64,000 nt of DNA, from positions 1 through 64,000 of IMG/VR virus record IMGVR_UViG_3300037312_001491. The stretch is one strand, 5' to 3'. Under the pieces are notes generated by a model. It saw only the letters and a list, made by a program, of their open reading frames with translations, did no database searches and was not told where the DNA came from. How positions within the stretch are numbered: the first letter of the stretch is position 1; every line of letters begins with the position of its first letter. Origin of the DNA: a virus (lineage: Duplodnaviria; Caudoviricetes). Of this stretch, positions 23,669-33,316 are shown one piece after another. A program made the translations under genes and the position numbers.

Positions 23669-24031
23669 CTAATCAGACTTACGCTTCGCCTTCTTTTGCG
23701 CCGCGTCGTAGCGGGCCAGGGCGTCCGCGACGGCCTGCCGGCTGACGTTGTACTTGCGGGCGATGTCGGCGGGGGACTTGCCTCCGGCGCGGAGCCTGGC
23801 GTACGTCGCGCCGCGCAGCTTGCCGACGTCGGCCTTGGGGTGTCCGCGCCGGCGTCCGTGCGGGGCGGCGTCGACGTCGTCCGCGCTGAGCATCATGCGC
23901 GTGCGCGCGCCCTCGCCCTCGTAGGCGACGACGAACAGCTCGCCGCGCTTGATCATGCCCCACACGGTCGTCTTGGCGACGCCGAGCTTCTTGGCCGCGG
24001 TCGCGACGTCGATAGTCTTGGTGGCCGGCAT
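23669..24031 (-). CDS. HTH DNA-binding protein (excisionase/MerR-like N-terminal HTH plus second HTH)
   Basis: IDVATAAKKLGVAKTTVWGMIKRGEL; KSPADIARKYNVSRQAV. Confidence 0.75.
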   Translation of the reverse strand: MPATKTIDVATAAKKLGVAKTTVWGMIKRGELFVVAYEGEGARTRMMLSADDVDAAPHGRRRGHPKADVGKLRGATYARLRAGGKSPADIARKYNVSRQAVADALARYDAAQKKAKRKSD

Positions 24032-24297
24032 CAGTCGACCCTCCAGCCCTCGGCTTCGAGCGCAGCGATGTCCGCGATGGGCGCGTCCTTGAGCTTGGTA
24101 GCGACGTCGGATGGGCAGCAGACGTTGGCGTCAGCGACGAAGAATAGACCGTCGGCGCAGTCAACGAGCACGCCGAGCCTCGGGAAGTGACCAGGCTCGA
24201 CGTCGCGCGAGTTCTTGATGGGAAGCATCGGCCAGCGCGGCCAGTCGGACGTATTCTGGACGCACCAGGCGAGAGATGGGATGGTCGGGCGGTTCAT
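24031..24297 (-). CDS. Hypothetical protein
   Basis: WPRWPMLPIK...GWRVD; GGAG RBS. Confidence 0.55.
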   Translation of the reverse strand: MNRPTIPSLAWCVQNTSDWPRWPMLPIKNSRDVEPGHFPRLGVLVDCADGLFFVADANVCCPSDVATKLKDAPIADIAALEAEGWRVD

Positions 24298-24746
24298 GGG
24301 GTCTCCTTGAACAGGTCGGTGTAGTACGCGACGTCCTCGTCGGTGACGCTGGCGATGCCGCCCTCCTCGTCGACGCGGGCGATGAAGAAGTCACCGCGGA
24401 TGCGCCACTCCCCGGGCTCGCCTGGGCGCGCGAGGCGGCCGCCGTCCTCGTCGAACGCGTCAGCGTAGATGACGGTGAAGCCCTCGGGCGGCTCGGGCAC
24501 CGGCGGCGCAGCGATGATGCGGTTCATCGGCAAGCCGAGCAGGAGCCCCTCCTCGTTGCACCAGAGGTCGGTGCCGCGGCCGTCGAAGCCGCCGACGCAC
24601 TCGACCAGGCCGCCGACGATCTTCTGCATTGCGGCGAGGTGGCCGTCGCGGTCGGGGTCGACCGGCAGCTCCTCGACGGTCGGGGGCTGGGCGATGCCGG
24701 TCTCCTTGTCGACGCGGCAGACGATGACGCGGACGGGCTCGCTCAC
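24294..24746 (-). CDS. DUF3846-like protein
   Basis: LAAMQKIVGGLVECV...DLWCNEEGLLLGLPMNR...IRGDFFI. Confidence 0.75.
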   Translation of the reverse strand: MSEPVRVIVCRVDKETGIAQPPTVEELPVDPDRDGHLAAMQKIVGGLVECVGGFDGRGTDLWCNEEGLLLGLPMNRIIAAPPVPEPPEGFTVIYADAFDEDGGRLARPGEPGEWRIRGDFFIARVDEEGGIASVTDEDVAYYTDLFKETP

Positions 24747-25065
24747 TGGGCACCTCGCAGTTCGAGTTCCTTGCGGAGCGCCTCGGGCCGCGGCACGGGG
24801 CCGTGCACGATGGTCGCGCGGTCGATGCCGGCGGTCACGTCGAGCACGAGCCAGTTGCGCTGCTGCCCCCAGCGGCCGCCGGGGTTGCCGTCCTTGTCGG
24901 ACGGCCAGATGGTGTAGATGCGCTTCGCCGGCGTGATGGTGTATGGCTCGCCGCGGTCAACGTCGGCGATGGCCTTGGCGTCGACGCTGCGTGCCGCCTC
25001 GACGACCTCGGCCCGTGAGAAGCGGCGGAGGCGCCCGGCGGCGTCGTTGCGTTTGAGTTGCGGTT

Positions 25066-25887
25066 TCACGATGCCTCCGAAGGTAGCTCCGCCGCGGGCG
25101 CTTCGCAAGGGGTAATCGTAGTGGTCGGCCCCTCGGGCACGGCGCCGGCCTCGGGACCGAGCCAGCGGCGCACGACCTCGGTGCACGCCTTGTGGTACTC
25201 GAACCGGTCCCCGGTGCAGACGGGCCGCTCGCCGGTGACTTCCTCGACAGCATCGGCGAAGCACGCACGCCAGGCGGGGCCGTGGCCGCGGTCGTCGGCG
25301 GTCGCGACGTGGGCGATCTCGTGGAGGATGGTCGCGAGGGCGTCGGCGTAGTCGGTGCCGGCCGTGACGACGAAGCGGCGCTGGCGGTACCACGCGTGGC
25401 CAGTCGACCACGTCTGGCGCTTGTACTTCGTCGTGACCTCTTCGTAGTACACGTCGCCGAGCACCTGGCCGGGCTTGGGCTTCTCCTCGACGCGCTGGAG
25501 CGTCTTGCGCACGCGCTGCCCGGCGAGCCGGATCTGGAACTGCACCGGACGTAGCCGGATGCCGCGGTCGGTGAACCACGAGCTGTTCAGGCCGTCCTTG
25601 AACGCGTCGAGCTTGAGCCACTCGCGGCACTTCGCTTCGAGCCGACCGCGCTCGGTCTGCTCGTGCGCCGTCGCCTTCGCGGCCGCGCGGTCCTTCGCCT
25701 TGATCTCGGCGGCTTTGCGCTCGGCCTCGCGGCGCTCGCGTTCGGCAGCCGCGCTCGGGCACACGCGTTCGACGAGCTTGCCGGTCTTGCCTGAGCACGT
25801 CAGGCAATAGCGGAGCGCGTTGTCGCGTCGCATGCGCGCGGGCGCGCGCTTGCCGTCATCGCACAGGGGACAGCGCCAGATCTTCAC
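25066..25887 (-). CDS. SprT-like zinc metalloprotease-domain protein with N-terminal zinc finger
   Basis: GTG start after GGAGG-like RBS; CPLC..CLTC; TILHEIAH...HGPAWRACF. Confidence 0.7.
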   Translation of the reverse strand: MKIWRCPLCDDGKRAPARMRRDNALRYCLTCSGKTGKLVERVCPSAAAERERREAERKAAEIKAKDRAAAKATAHEQTERGRLEAKCREWLKLDAFKDGLNSSWFTDRGIRLRPVQFQIRLAGQRVRKTLQRVEEKPKPGQVLGDVYYEEVTTKYKRQTWSTGHAWYRQRRFVVTAGTDYADALATILHEIAHVATADDRGHGPAWRACFADAVEEVTGERPVCTGDRFEYHKACTEVVRRWLGPEAGAVPEGPTTTITPCEAPAAELPSEAS

Positions 25888-26189
25888 TCCGCCCTCGCCT
25901 TCTCCGCCGCGACGCGAGCCTTCGCGGCGATGCGTTCGAGTACCGGGACGTCGTTGGCCTCGCCGAACTTCTGTGCGACCGCGATGAGGGACTCGGCCTC
26001 CTCGGCGAGGCGGCTTGCGAGGTACGCGAACCACTCGGCATCCGTCTCGCAGTAGCGCGGGCGGATGCTGCCACGGCGGAGCGCGCCGGTGGACGCGATG
26101 GCGTAGAGCATGCTGCTCTGGCCGCCGTGCCACTGCTCGGCGACGGTCAGTTCGTCGGCGTCAAACTCGATAACGTATGGGTCGGTCAT
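25884..26189 (-). CDS. Hypothetical protein
   Basis: AAGGAGG RBS; WHGGQSSMLYAIASTG. Confidence 0.55.
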   Translation of the reverse strand: MTDPYVIEFDADELTVAEQWHGGQSSMLYAIASTGALRRGSIRPRYCETDAEWFAYLASRLAEEAESLIAVAQKFGEANDVPVLERIAAKARVAAEKARAE

Positions 26190-27097
26190 TGTCAGGCCCT
26201 CCTTGAGATGCGCGGATAGGCGAGCGCGTAGACGCGATCGTGTTCGGCGACCCCGCCGCGCCGCCACGCGAGCACGAGACACTCGATCTTGGACAGATTC
26301 AGACGCCCCCACGACTTGTCCATCGCATTCTCGCGACGACAGTCGCGAACGCAGGCGCGGATGTTGCCGATGAGCTGGTTGAACTGGTGAACCGGATGCC
26401 CGTACAGCTGCCAGTTCTCGAACGCCTTTTTGTGGTCGACGGGCGGGCGGCGCGCCTGGAGGTCGAGCACGTCGGCTTCGAGCAGCCCGGCGCGGACGGC
26501 GAGCGATAGGTGCTCGCGACCGGATTCGGTGATGAGATTGGGGTTTGGATTCATCGCTCCTCCACGACTGTTACGACGCGCGGGCAGTGCCCGCTCTGAC
26601 AGAGCTTGCGATAGACGGTGTCGAGTTTCGTCGTACAGGACAAGAACAGCTGCGCCCCCGCCAGGCTCCACGCCGTCAGCACGCGGCCGCCCTTGCCGTG
26701 CCGAACGAAGTATCGGTCGCCTACCTTGATGGCGAGGCAGCGGTCGTTTGTCAAGTCCATCATGTAGCCTCTTTGAGCCTCTTGAGGACAATCTCACGCC
26801 AGCCGTGGAGGATCTCGTCGCGGACGTCGGAGTCAACGCCGTCGAACAGGCTGCGGCAGTCGGTGTCGCGCTCGATGTCGCCGACGATGTCAGTGGCGAC
26901 GCGCGCGACCTTGCCGGCGACGAGTGCGTGGCGCACGTCCCATTCCGGGTCGAGCGTTGCGATGAGCGCCGAGACGTCGGCCCACAGGGCCTTCGCCGCG
27001 GTCGTCATCTCGCCGTGCTCGCACGCCGCGCGCAGCCGCGCCATCGAGCGCCGCGCCTCGTAGAATGCTTCCTGTTGTTCGTGGCTCATCTTCATGG

Positions 27098-27421
27098 TCA
27101 GCCCGCCTCCGGGGGCACGGGGATCGCTTCGCCGTCCTTGATGCCGAGCGCCTTGCGCCACGCGCGGACGGTGCGGCGGACGGCGGACACCTCGGTCTTG
27201 TCCTGGTCGGGCGCCCACGCGGTCGGGCACGACTCCAGGTAGTAGAGCGCGCCGAGCGCGTGCTTGCGATCGATCTCGGTCACGACCTTGTAGTGCGCGA
27301 CGCCGCGGTTGTCAGTGCGGACGTAGATGCGGTCGAGGTGATCGATGGCGCCCTGGTGGGCATCCATGCCGGCGGCGACGCACGCGAGGCCGCCGAGGCG
27401 GAGACGGATGGGGGTGCTCAC
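27098..27421 (-). CDS. Hypothetical protein
   Basis: Overlaps upstream stop, GC3 bias. Confidence 0.5.
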   Translation of the reverse strand: MSTPIRLRLGGLACVAAGMDAHQGAIDHLDRIYVRTDNRGVAHYKVVTEIDRKHALGALYYLESCPTAWAPDQDKTEVSAVRRTVRAWRKALGIKDGEAIPVPPEAG

Positions 27422-29055
27422 GACGCCACCGCCTCACCAGCCGCCTCGGCCTTCGCCGCGTCCTTGAGCAGGTCGCGCTCCAGCTCCTCCCAGATCAGCT
27501 CGAACCGCTTGACCGTGCCGAGGCCGTCGTCGATGAGGCCGTCCAGCTCCTCGGTGGCCTTGGCGATCTTCGCCTTGACCTCCTTGACCATCGTCTCGCC
27601 GAGCAGGTGGCCGAACGCGAGCGCCTTCGCGCCGTGGTCCTTGAAGCGGCGGAGGTACGTGATGGCCGCCTTCTCGCCGACCTTGCCGCCGACGCACTTG
27701 CTGCCGTCCTTCGCCAGCTCACGGAGTGTGTCGTCGACCTCGGACGCGAGGCCCTTCGCGATGCCGCGGGCGAGCTGCTCGCTCGTCGCGATCGGGGTGG
27801 GCGGGTCCATCCAGTCGGTGCCCCACGCCGGCGCGAACGCCGCGATGATTTTCTCGGCCGCGCCGCGGGTCGCCACGGGGACGTACCAGCATCCGCCATA
27901 CTTCACGCCACCGAGGTGGTCGCGGAGCACGCCGCCGAGCCAGGTCGTGACGTGACCGGCCTGGAGGACCTCGCGGCTGGTCAGGTCCGCGAACACCGCG
28001 GCAACCTTGGTCGCGATTTCGTCCGAGCCCGCGAACGTCAGCGTGCCCTCGTTCAGGGTGACGACCGTGACGATCGAGCCGGCACTCTCACCGGCATCTG
28101 TGCCGGCCGTGCTCGGGTCCGCAATGCGCCAGCGGGCGTCGTACGCCGCGCCGGCATCCTTGTGGGTCTTCTTCTCGCGAGTCGCGACAAACTTGAACTC
28201 GCGCGCCACCGCGTTGACCGCGTGGTTGGCCTGGGTCTCGGCGGACTTCGCCTTGGGTAGCCACGCGTCCGGGATCTCGGCGGTCGCCGCCAGCTCACGG
28301 ATCTTCGCGAGGGTGAGCGACTTCTCGCCGTTCCAGTGGGTGAGGATGCCGTTGCCCTCGGCGACGGCGCCAGCGACCACGTTGCCGTGCGTCAGCCGCA
28401 CGCGGCTGGTGTCGTCATCGGCAATGATCTTGAGGCCATCGGGGGTGCCGTTCGCCTGGCGGGCCTTCGCCGCCTTGATCGCCGCGGAGTGCGCCTTGAT
28501 GGCTGCGACGGCCGCATCGGTGTCGCCATCGTGGAGCTGCACGCCCGCGCCGACCGGCAGGGCCGAGCCGACGATGAGGTTGACGGGAAGCTGGTTGACC
28601 GCCTCGCGGGTGTAACCGTAGCTGCTCACCAGGATGTTCTTGTACTGCTCGGCCGTCTCGGCCTTCACACCGTTCGCGAGCGCCTGGACGTAGCCCTCGG
28701 CGCTGTTGAACCCGACGTAGCGCCGGGCGCCCTCGTTCAGGCTGCCACTCGACACCGCGCCAGCGTTGGCCGCGGAGTCCGCGAGCACGCCAGCGAAGTC
28801 CTGCGCCGGCTGGGCCGAGGTCGGGACGACCGCGCGGTCCTCGTAGCAGGCGCGGCAGACGCCCTCGTCGTTGACGGCGCCCTCGGCGCCGCAGTCGATG
28901 CACTTGGGGTGCTTGACGTCGTCGCACAGGTCGAGCTGCGGGGCGGTGTCGTACGGGACCGGCGCGACTGCGGCCTTGGCCGCCGGGCGGTCCAGGTCGA
29001 GTTCGAGCAGGTCAGCGAAACCGGGTTCAGAAGTGGTGTCGGTGGTGTCAGCCAT
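27418..29055 (-). CDS. Large hypothetical protein (C-terminal half possibly DUF6744-like)
   Basis: Long ORF, strong GC3 bias, GGAGG RBS, GGVKYGGCWYVP motif. Confidence 0.7.
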   Translation of the reverse strand: MADTTDTTSEPGFADLLELDLDRPAAKAAVAPVPYDTAPQLDLCDDVKHPKCIDCGAEGAVNDEGVCRACYEDRAVVPTSAQPAQDFAGVLADSAANAGAVSSGSLNEGARRYVGFNSAEGYVQALANGVKAETAEQYKNILVSSYGYTREAVNQLPVNLIVGSALPVGAGVQLHDGDTDAAVAAIKAHSAAIKAAKARQANGTPDGLKIIADDDTSRVRLTHGNVVAGAVAEGNGILTHWNGEKSLTLAKIRELAATAEIPDAWLPKAKSAETQANHAVNAVAREFKFVATREKKTHKDAGAAYDARWRIADPSTAGTDAGESAGSIVTVVTLNEGTLTFAGSDEIATKVAAVFADLTSREVLQAGHVTTWLGGVLRDHLGGVKYGGCWYVPVATRGAAEKIIAAFAPAWGTDWMDPPTPIATSEQLARGIAKGLASEVDDTLRELAKDGSKCVGGKVGEKAAITYLRRFKDHGAKALAFGHLLGETMVKEVKAKIAKATEELDGLIDDGLGTVKRFELIWEELERDLLKDAAKAEAAGEAVAS

Positions 29056-29076
29056 TTGCGTGCCCTCCATGCCTTC

Positions 29077-29106
29077 AACCTGCGTACGCAGGGGATTTCG
29101 TCAAGG
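29077..29106 (-). promoter_or_regulatory. Repeated leftward promoter with perfect palindrome (copy 3)
   Basis: Minus strand CCTTGACG-N16-CAGGTT containing CCTGCGTACGCAGG. Confidence 0.7.
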
Positions 29107-29111
29107 TGTAA

Positions 29112-29438
29112 TCAGAGCATCTCGATGGCAGCGTACCGGGCCGCCTGCTCACGCCCGAGGAGGTCCTCGGCCCGGCCCTCGATGACCTGGCGGACGGCCT
29201 TGATGGCCGCGTCGCCCTGCTTCGTGCCGGCGACGGCGTAGCCCAGCCAGTCCTCCGCGGTGACGCTGGAGTGGTCCTCGCCGGGGCACATGGTGTACAT
29301 CTCGACCTTGCCGGAGGTCGGCAGGTCCTCGCGCCAGAAGCGGCGGAGGCGGTGCGGGATGCCCATGATGACGGTGTCGACGACCGTCATGGTCGCCTTG
29401 CAGCCGTACTGGGCCGAGAGATCGATGTGCTTGTTCAT
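29112..29438 (-). CDS. Hypothetical protein
   Basis: GGAG RBS directly after promoter copy 4. Confidence 0.55.
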   Translation of the reverse strand: MNKHIDLSAQYGCKATMTVVDTVIMGIPHRLRRFWREDLPTSGKVEMYTMCPGEDHSSVTAEDWLGYAVAGTKQGDAAIKAVRQVIEGRAEDLLGREQAARYAAIEML

Positions 29439-29445
29439 GGACTCC

Positions 29446-29478
29446 AACCTACGCACGCAGGGGGGTCGTGTCAAGGGC
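29446..29478 (-). promoter_or_regulatory. Repeated leftward promoter with palindromic box (copy 4)
   Basis: Minus strand GCCCTTGACA-N17-TAGGTT containing CCCTGCGTGCGTAGG. Confidence 0.7.
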
Positions 29479-29515
29479 TATTACAACTAGCTGATTCCCT
29501 TAGTGCAAATAGCCC

Positions 29516-29544
29516 TTGACGAGGAACCCTAGCATCCTTATGAT
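29516..29544 (+). promoter_or_regulatory. Rightward sigma70-type promoter, divergent from copy 4
   Basis: TTGACG-N17-TATGAT. Confidence 0.75.
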
Positions 29545-29551
29545 GTTGGGC

Positions 29552-29743
29552 ATGAGGAACTGGATCGTCGAGGTCAAGGACAACGCGGGCCGCTGGTACC
29601 AGACCGGCGCCAGCCGCTACACGCAGGAGGACGCGCGCGAGTACGCGCGCTACTGCCGCCTGCGGATGGTCGGCCGGGTCACGGGTGCCATCCCGGGCTA
29701 CGGGGTCGCCGAAGACGTCCGGGCAAAGGAGGTCACATGCTGA
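29552..29743 (+). CDS. Hypothetical protein (leaderless start)
   Basis: ATG 7 nt after the -10 box. Confidence 0.5.
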   Translation: MRNWIVEVKDNAGRWYQTGASRYTQEDAREYARYCRLRMVGRVTGAIPGYGVAEDVRAKEVTC

Positions 29744-29840
29744 TTCACGGAATTTTCGCCATGGGTTGCGTATTCTTTTCCGGCGTCGCGGCGCTCGTGG
29801 TGGCCGGCTGGGGGACCTTCCGTTCCCCGAAGGAGGATGC

Positions 29841-30107
29841 ATGAACAAGACGATGAAGGAACTCGCCAGGGAGGCGCTCGCCGTCCAGGACGCGTGCAAC
29901 CTCTCGGGCGTCGCGCACGGGTTCGCCCGCGCGCTCGGCGAGCTGCGCACGCTGCTGCCGAACGCCGGCACGGACGCCATCAACCGCCACCCCGTGGCCC
30001 TGCTGTGGGCCGACAAGATCGCGCACCTGACTGGCACGCAGGACCTCGGCAACAGCGAGGTGATGAAGGCGTACAGCTGGGCGCACGACGAGGTGAAGAA
30101 GTGCTGA
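29841..30107 (+). CDS. Small conserved phage protein
   Basis: ALAVQDACNLSGVAHGF...AINRHPVALLWADKIAHL; AAGGAGG RBS. Confidence 0.65.
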   Translation: MNKTMKELAREALAVQDACNLSGVAHGFARALGELRTLLPNAGTDAINRHPVALLWADKIAHLTGTQDLGNSEVMKAYSWAHDEVKKC

Positions 30108-30352
30108 CCGGCGAGAACATCACGGATCGGCAGATCCGCGAGCTGCGGATGGCGGCTGTCAGGGCCGACGACTGGCAACTCGTCAGCACCTGCACGGCGG
30201 CGCTCAAGGTCATGTCGAAGTCGGACCAGCGGTGGCTGCTGGAGCCGTACCGCACGCCGGCGCTCAAGGTCGACGCGCTCGCCAAGGAGGCGCGTGCCAA
30301 GTGCGCTGACGTCTACAACGGGCTCGCCAAAGCCGTCGCGGGGGTCAAGTGA
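30101..30352 (+). CDS. Hypothetical protein
   Basis: GTG start after GAGGTG; ITDRQIRELR...AKCADVYN. Confidence 0.5.
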   Translation: MLTGENITDRQIRELRMAAVRADDWQLVSTCTAALKVMSKSDQRWLLEPYRTPALKVDALAKEARAKCADVYNGLAKAVAGVK

Positions 30353-30683
30353 GACCCGCGCTCCACCCCGTCACCTCGCCGAACTCGCCGGGCTCCGGCG
30401 GGCTGTGGCGCTCGCGCTTCGAGCGTGACGCGCGCCGCGTTGGCGAGGAGCACCCCGCGTCGCAGGCAGCGCTCGGGCGCTGGCATGGGCACACCCAGGC
30501 CGTCGTCCCGGCGTTCAACGCGACCGGGCCGGCTGCGGTTGCGTGGTTCCGCGTCACCGGTGCTCGCGCTGGGTACATGAACCGCCACGAGCGTCGCGCT
30601 CGCCGCCGGCTGGCACAATCCAAAAAGAACTTGACAGATCTCGACCAGGGAATCACCCTGGCTGCGTAGGAAGGAACCCACCC

Positions 30684-31154
30684 ATGACCAAGACCCAGAC
30701 CACGCGCGTCGCTGACGCGTCCCCCGCCCCGAAGGGCGGCGTGACCATCTTCTCTGCGAAGGACGCGGCCGCGGCCGCGCGTCCGTTCATGCGGCTCGAC
30801 GAGCAGGAGACTCTCGTCGTGCTGCACCTCGACGTGCACAACAAGGTGATCGGGGATCCGCGCATCGCGGCCATCGGCACCATGACGAGCGTCGAGTGTC
30901 ACCCACGCGACGTGTTCCGTGCCGCCATCGCGACCAACGCGGCCGCTGTCGTCGTGCTCCACAACCACCCGGTCGGCGACCCGACGCCGAGCGACGCGGA
31001 CATCGGCGTCACCCAGCGGCTCCTCGCCGCGGGCATCGCGCTCGGTATTCCGGTCCTCGACCATGTAGTCGTGACGGCCGACAACCACGTGTCGATCCGC
31101 GAGCAGGGCGGTGGCGGTGTGGCCTACGAGCGCGTGCCGGAGGTGACGCTGTGA
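30684..31154 (+). CDS. radC: RadC-like JAB domain protein
   Basis: EQETLVVLHLD...HPRDVFRAAI...VVLHNHPVGDPTPSDAD...LDHVVV. Confidence 0.92.
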   Translation: MTKTQTTRVADASPAPKGGVTIFSAKDAAAAARPFMRLDEQETLVVLHLDVHNKVIGDPRIAAIGTMTSVECHPRDVFRAAIATNAAAVVVLHNHPVGDPTPSDADIGVTQRLLAAGIALGIPVLDHVVVTADNHVSIREQGGGGVAYERVPEVTL

Positions 31155-33316
31155 AGCCCAACCAGGAAGTTCAGACCGTCGCCACGAGCGCGACAGCGTC
31201 GGCGTCGTTCGGCATCTCGCGCGCGGACGAGGCCCACATCATGGGCATCCTGCGCAGCACCCTCTACTCCGACAAGATCCTCGCGGTCCTGCGCGAGTAC
31301 GGCGCGAACGCGTGGGACGCCCACCGCTCCGTCGGCCGCGGCGATGTCCCCATCGAGGTGACGTTGCCGACGTACGACGCGCCCGTCCTGCGCATCCGCG
31401 ACCGCGGCCCCGGCCTGTCGCGCAACGAGGTGTTCACCGTCTACACCCAGTACGGCGCGAGTAGCAAGCGCGACGACGACAACGCGGTCGGCATGCTCGG
31501 TATCGGCTCCAAGTCGGGCTTCTCGTACGCGAGCAGCTTCACGATCACGAGCTGGCACGCCGGCACCAAAGCGATCTACGTCGCGGCGCTCGACCCGAGC
31601 AACCGCGGCCTCATCAACCTCATCCACGAGCAGTGCCTGTGCTGCGAACGCCCCGTCGGCACGAAGAAGGACGAGGCCGACGAGACGGTCTACTGCGAGT
31701 GCACCGCGCGGCTCGCGCCCGAGACCGGCATCGAGATCCAGATCGTCGTGAAGCCGGCCGACGTCGACAAGTTCGAGGAGCGCGCCGAGCGGCTGTACGT
31801 CCACTTCGAGCCGCGTCCGACCATCAACATCCAGCTCCCTCCGCCCCCCGAGGGCGGGCTCACGAACGAGCATGGAACCATCCGTCCAGGTGGCCACGGT
31901 GACTGGGTTGCGGTGATGGGCTGCGTGCCGTACCGCATCCGCCTGGGCGAGCTGGACCTGTGCGCCGAGCACCAGTGCCTGCACAACCTGTCCGGCATCA
32001 TCCGGTTCGGCATCGGCGACGTGCAGATCGCCGCCTCGCGCGAGGACCTCGACTACACCGACGCGACGCGCGCCGCCATCACGGCGAAGTTCACGGAGCT
32101 GGTCGACGCGTTCGTCACGCAGTCGGTCGCCGAGCTGGAGGCGATGAGCCTGTGGGACCGGCGCCTCCGCGCGCAGGTGCTCAGCAACCTTGGTATCACC
32201 CTGCCGGCCGAGTACGGCGAAATCGCCAAGGGCTGGGTGAAGTTGTTCGAGCCGAGCGACGACGGCGTGCCGTTCCGCATGTGGCACGTCAGCGAGCAGA
32301 CCAGCCAGATCCAGGTCGAACCGGACACGCGCATCTACATCGACGACACCGGCAAGCTCCTCAAGGGCTACGCCCGCTCGATGGAGCGGCACTACTACGT
32401 GGTGCGCGCCAAGACGCGCGGCATGTCGTACGACGACCTCAAGGCCGTCGTCGACGAGCACATCAACGCGTGCCTCGTCACCGGCATCCCCATCCATCGG
32501 CTCTCCGAGCTGCACTGGGACTCGACCGCCAGCTCGCGTGGCGGCCGCTCGTGGGGTGCCGACAAGAGCAAGCACAAGGCGTCGATGTTCGTCCTCGACC
32601 CCGAGGCGCAGTTCAAGCACCCGTTCTCCAACGCGTGGTCGACGGTGACGCGTGTCCCCGAGGACACCGACGTGTTCGTCATCCTGGAGAACTTCAAACC
32701 CAACGGGGTCGACTCGTTCTTCCTGGAGTACCGCGACGACCGCGTGCTCGCCGAGGCGTTCGGCGTCGAGATGCCGCAGGTCTACGGGTACAAGTCGACG
32801 ACGAAGAAGACCGTCCGCCCGTCTGACTGCAAGGGGCTCACGTACGACGCGTGGCGCAAGCAGTTCATCAAGGACCTCGGCACGCCCGAGCGCCTCGCCG
32901 AGATCTCCGAGATGTGGTGGGGGCACGTGCTCCGCTACACGGCCGACAGGTACGACCGCAAGTTTCTGCGCGAGCAGCTCGGCCGCGACCACGCCGTCGT
33001 CCGCCTCGTCTCTCGGTGCGCACACGCCGACAGCATGAAGAACCGGGACGCGCTGCTCGCGCTCGCGACTCGGCTTGGCATCGCGAAGGACACGTCGGCC
33101 GCGCACGCGGCACTCGAAGAGATCCTCAACCGCTACCCGCTGCTCCGGTGCAGCGACTACGGCGTCCGGTCGCTGTGGTTGAACTACACCCGGAACCACC
33201 GCAACGAGTGGTGCAAGTACGTACGCCTCGTTGACGAAAGCCTAAATCGTACCCAGACTGTCGACACCAAGAAAGGAACCGCCACCGATGCAGCCGATTC
33301 CGTACAGCCTGTCTAA
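31151..33316 (+). CDS. rIIA: rIIA-like protein (GHKL ATPase N-terminus)
   Basis: LYSDKILAVLREYGANAWDAH, IRDRGPGLS, YGASSKR...GMLGIGSKSGFSY. Confidence 0.9.
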   Translation: MKPNQEVQTVATSATASASFGISRADEAHIMGILRSTLYSDKILAVLREYGANAWDAHRSVGRGDVPIEVTLPTYDAPVLRIRDRGPGLSRNEVFTVYTQYGASSKRDDDNAVGMLGIGSKSGFSYASSFTITSWHAGTKAIYVAALDPSNRGLINLIHEQCLCCERPVGTKKDEADETVYCECTARLAPETGIEIQIVVKPADVDKFEERAERLYVHFEPRPTINIQLPPPPEGGLTNEHGTIRPGGHGDWVAVMGCVPYRIRLGELDLCAEHQCLHNLSGIIRFGIGDVQIAASREDLDYTDATRAAITAKFTELVDAFVTQSVAELEAMSLWDRRLRAQVLSNLGITLPAEYGEIAKGWVKLFEPSDDGVPFRMWHVSEQTSQIQVEPDTRIYIDDTGKLLKGYARSMERHYYVVRAKTRGMSYDDLKAVVDEHINACLVTGIPIHRLSELHWDSTASSRGGRSWGADKSKHKASMFVLDPEAQFKHPFSNAWSTVTRVPEDTDVFVILENFKPNGVDSFFLEYRDDRVLAEAFGVEMPQVYGYKSTTKKTVRPSDCKGLTYDAWRKQFIKDLGTPERLAEISEMWWGHVLRYTADRYDRKFLREQLGRDHAVVRLVSRCAHADSMKNRDALLALATRLGIAKDTSAAHAALEEILNRYPLLRCSDYGVRSLWLNYTRNHRNEWCKYVRLVDESLNRTQTVDTKKGTATDAADSVQPV

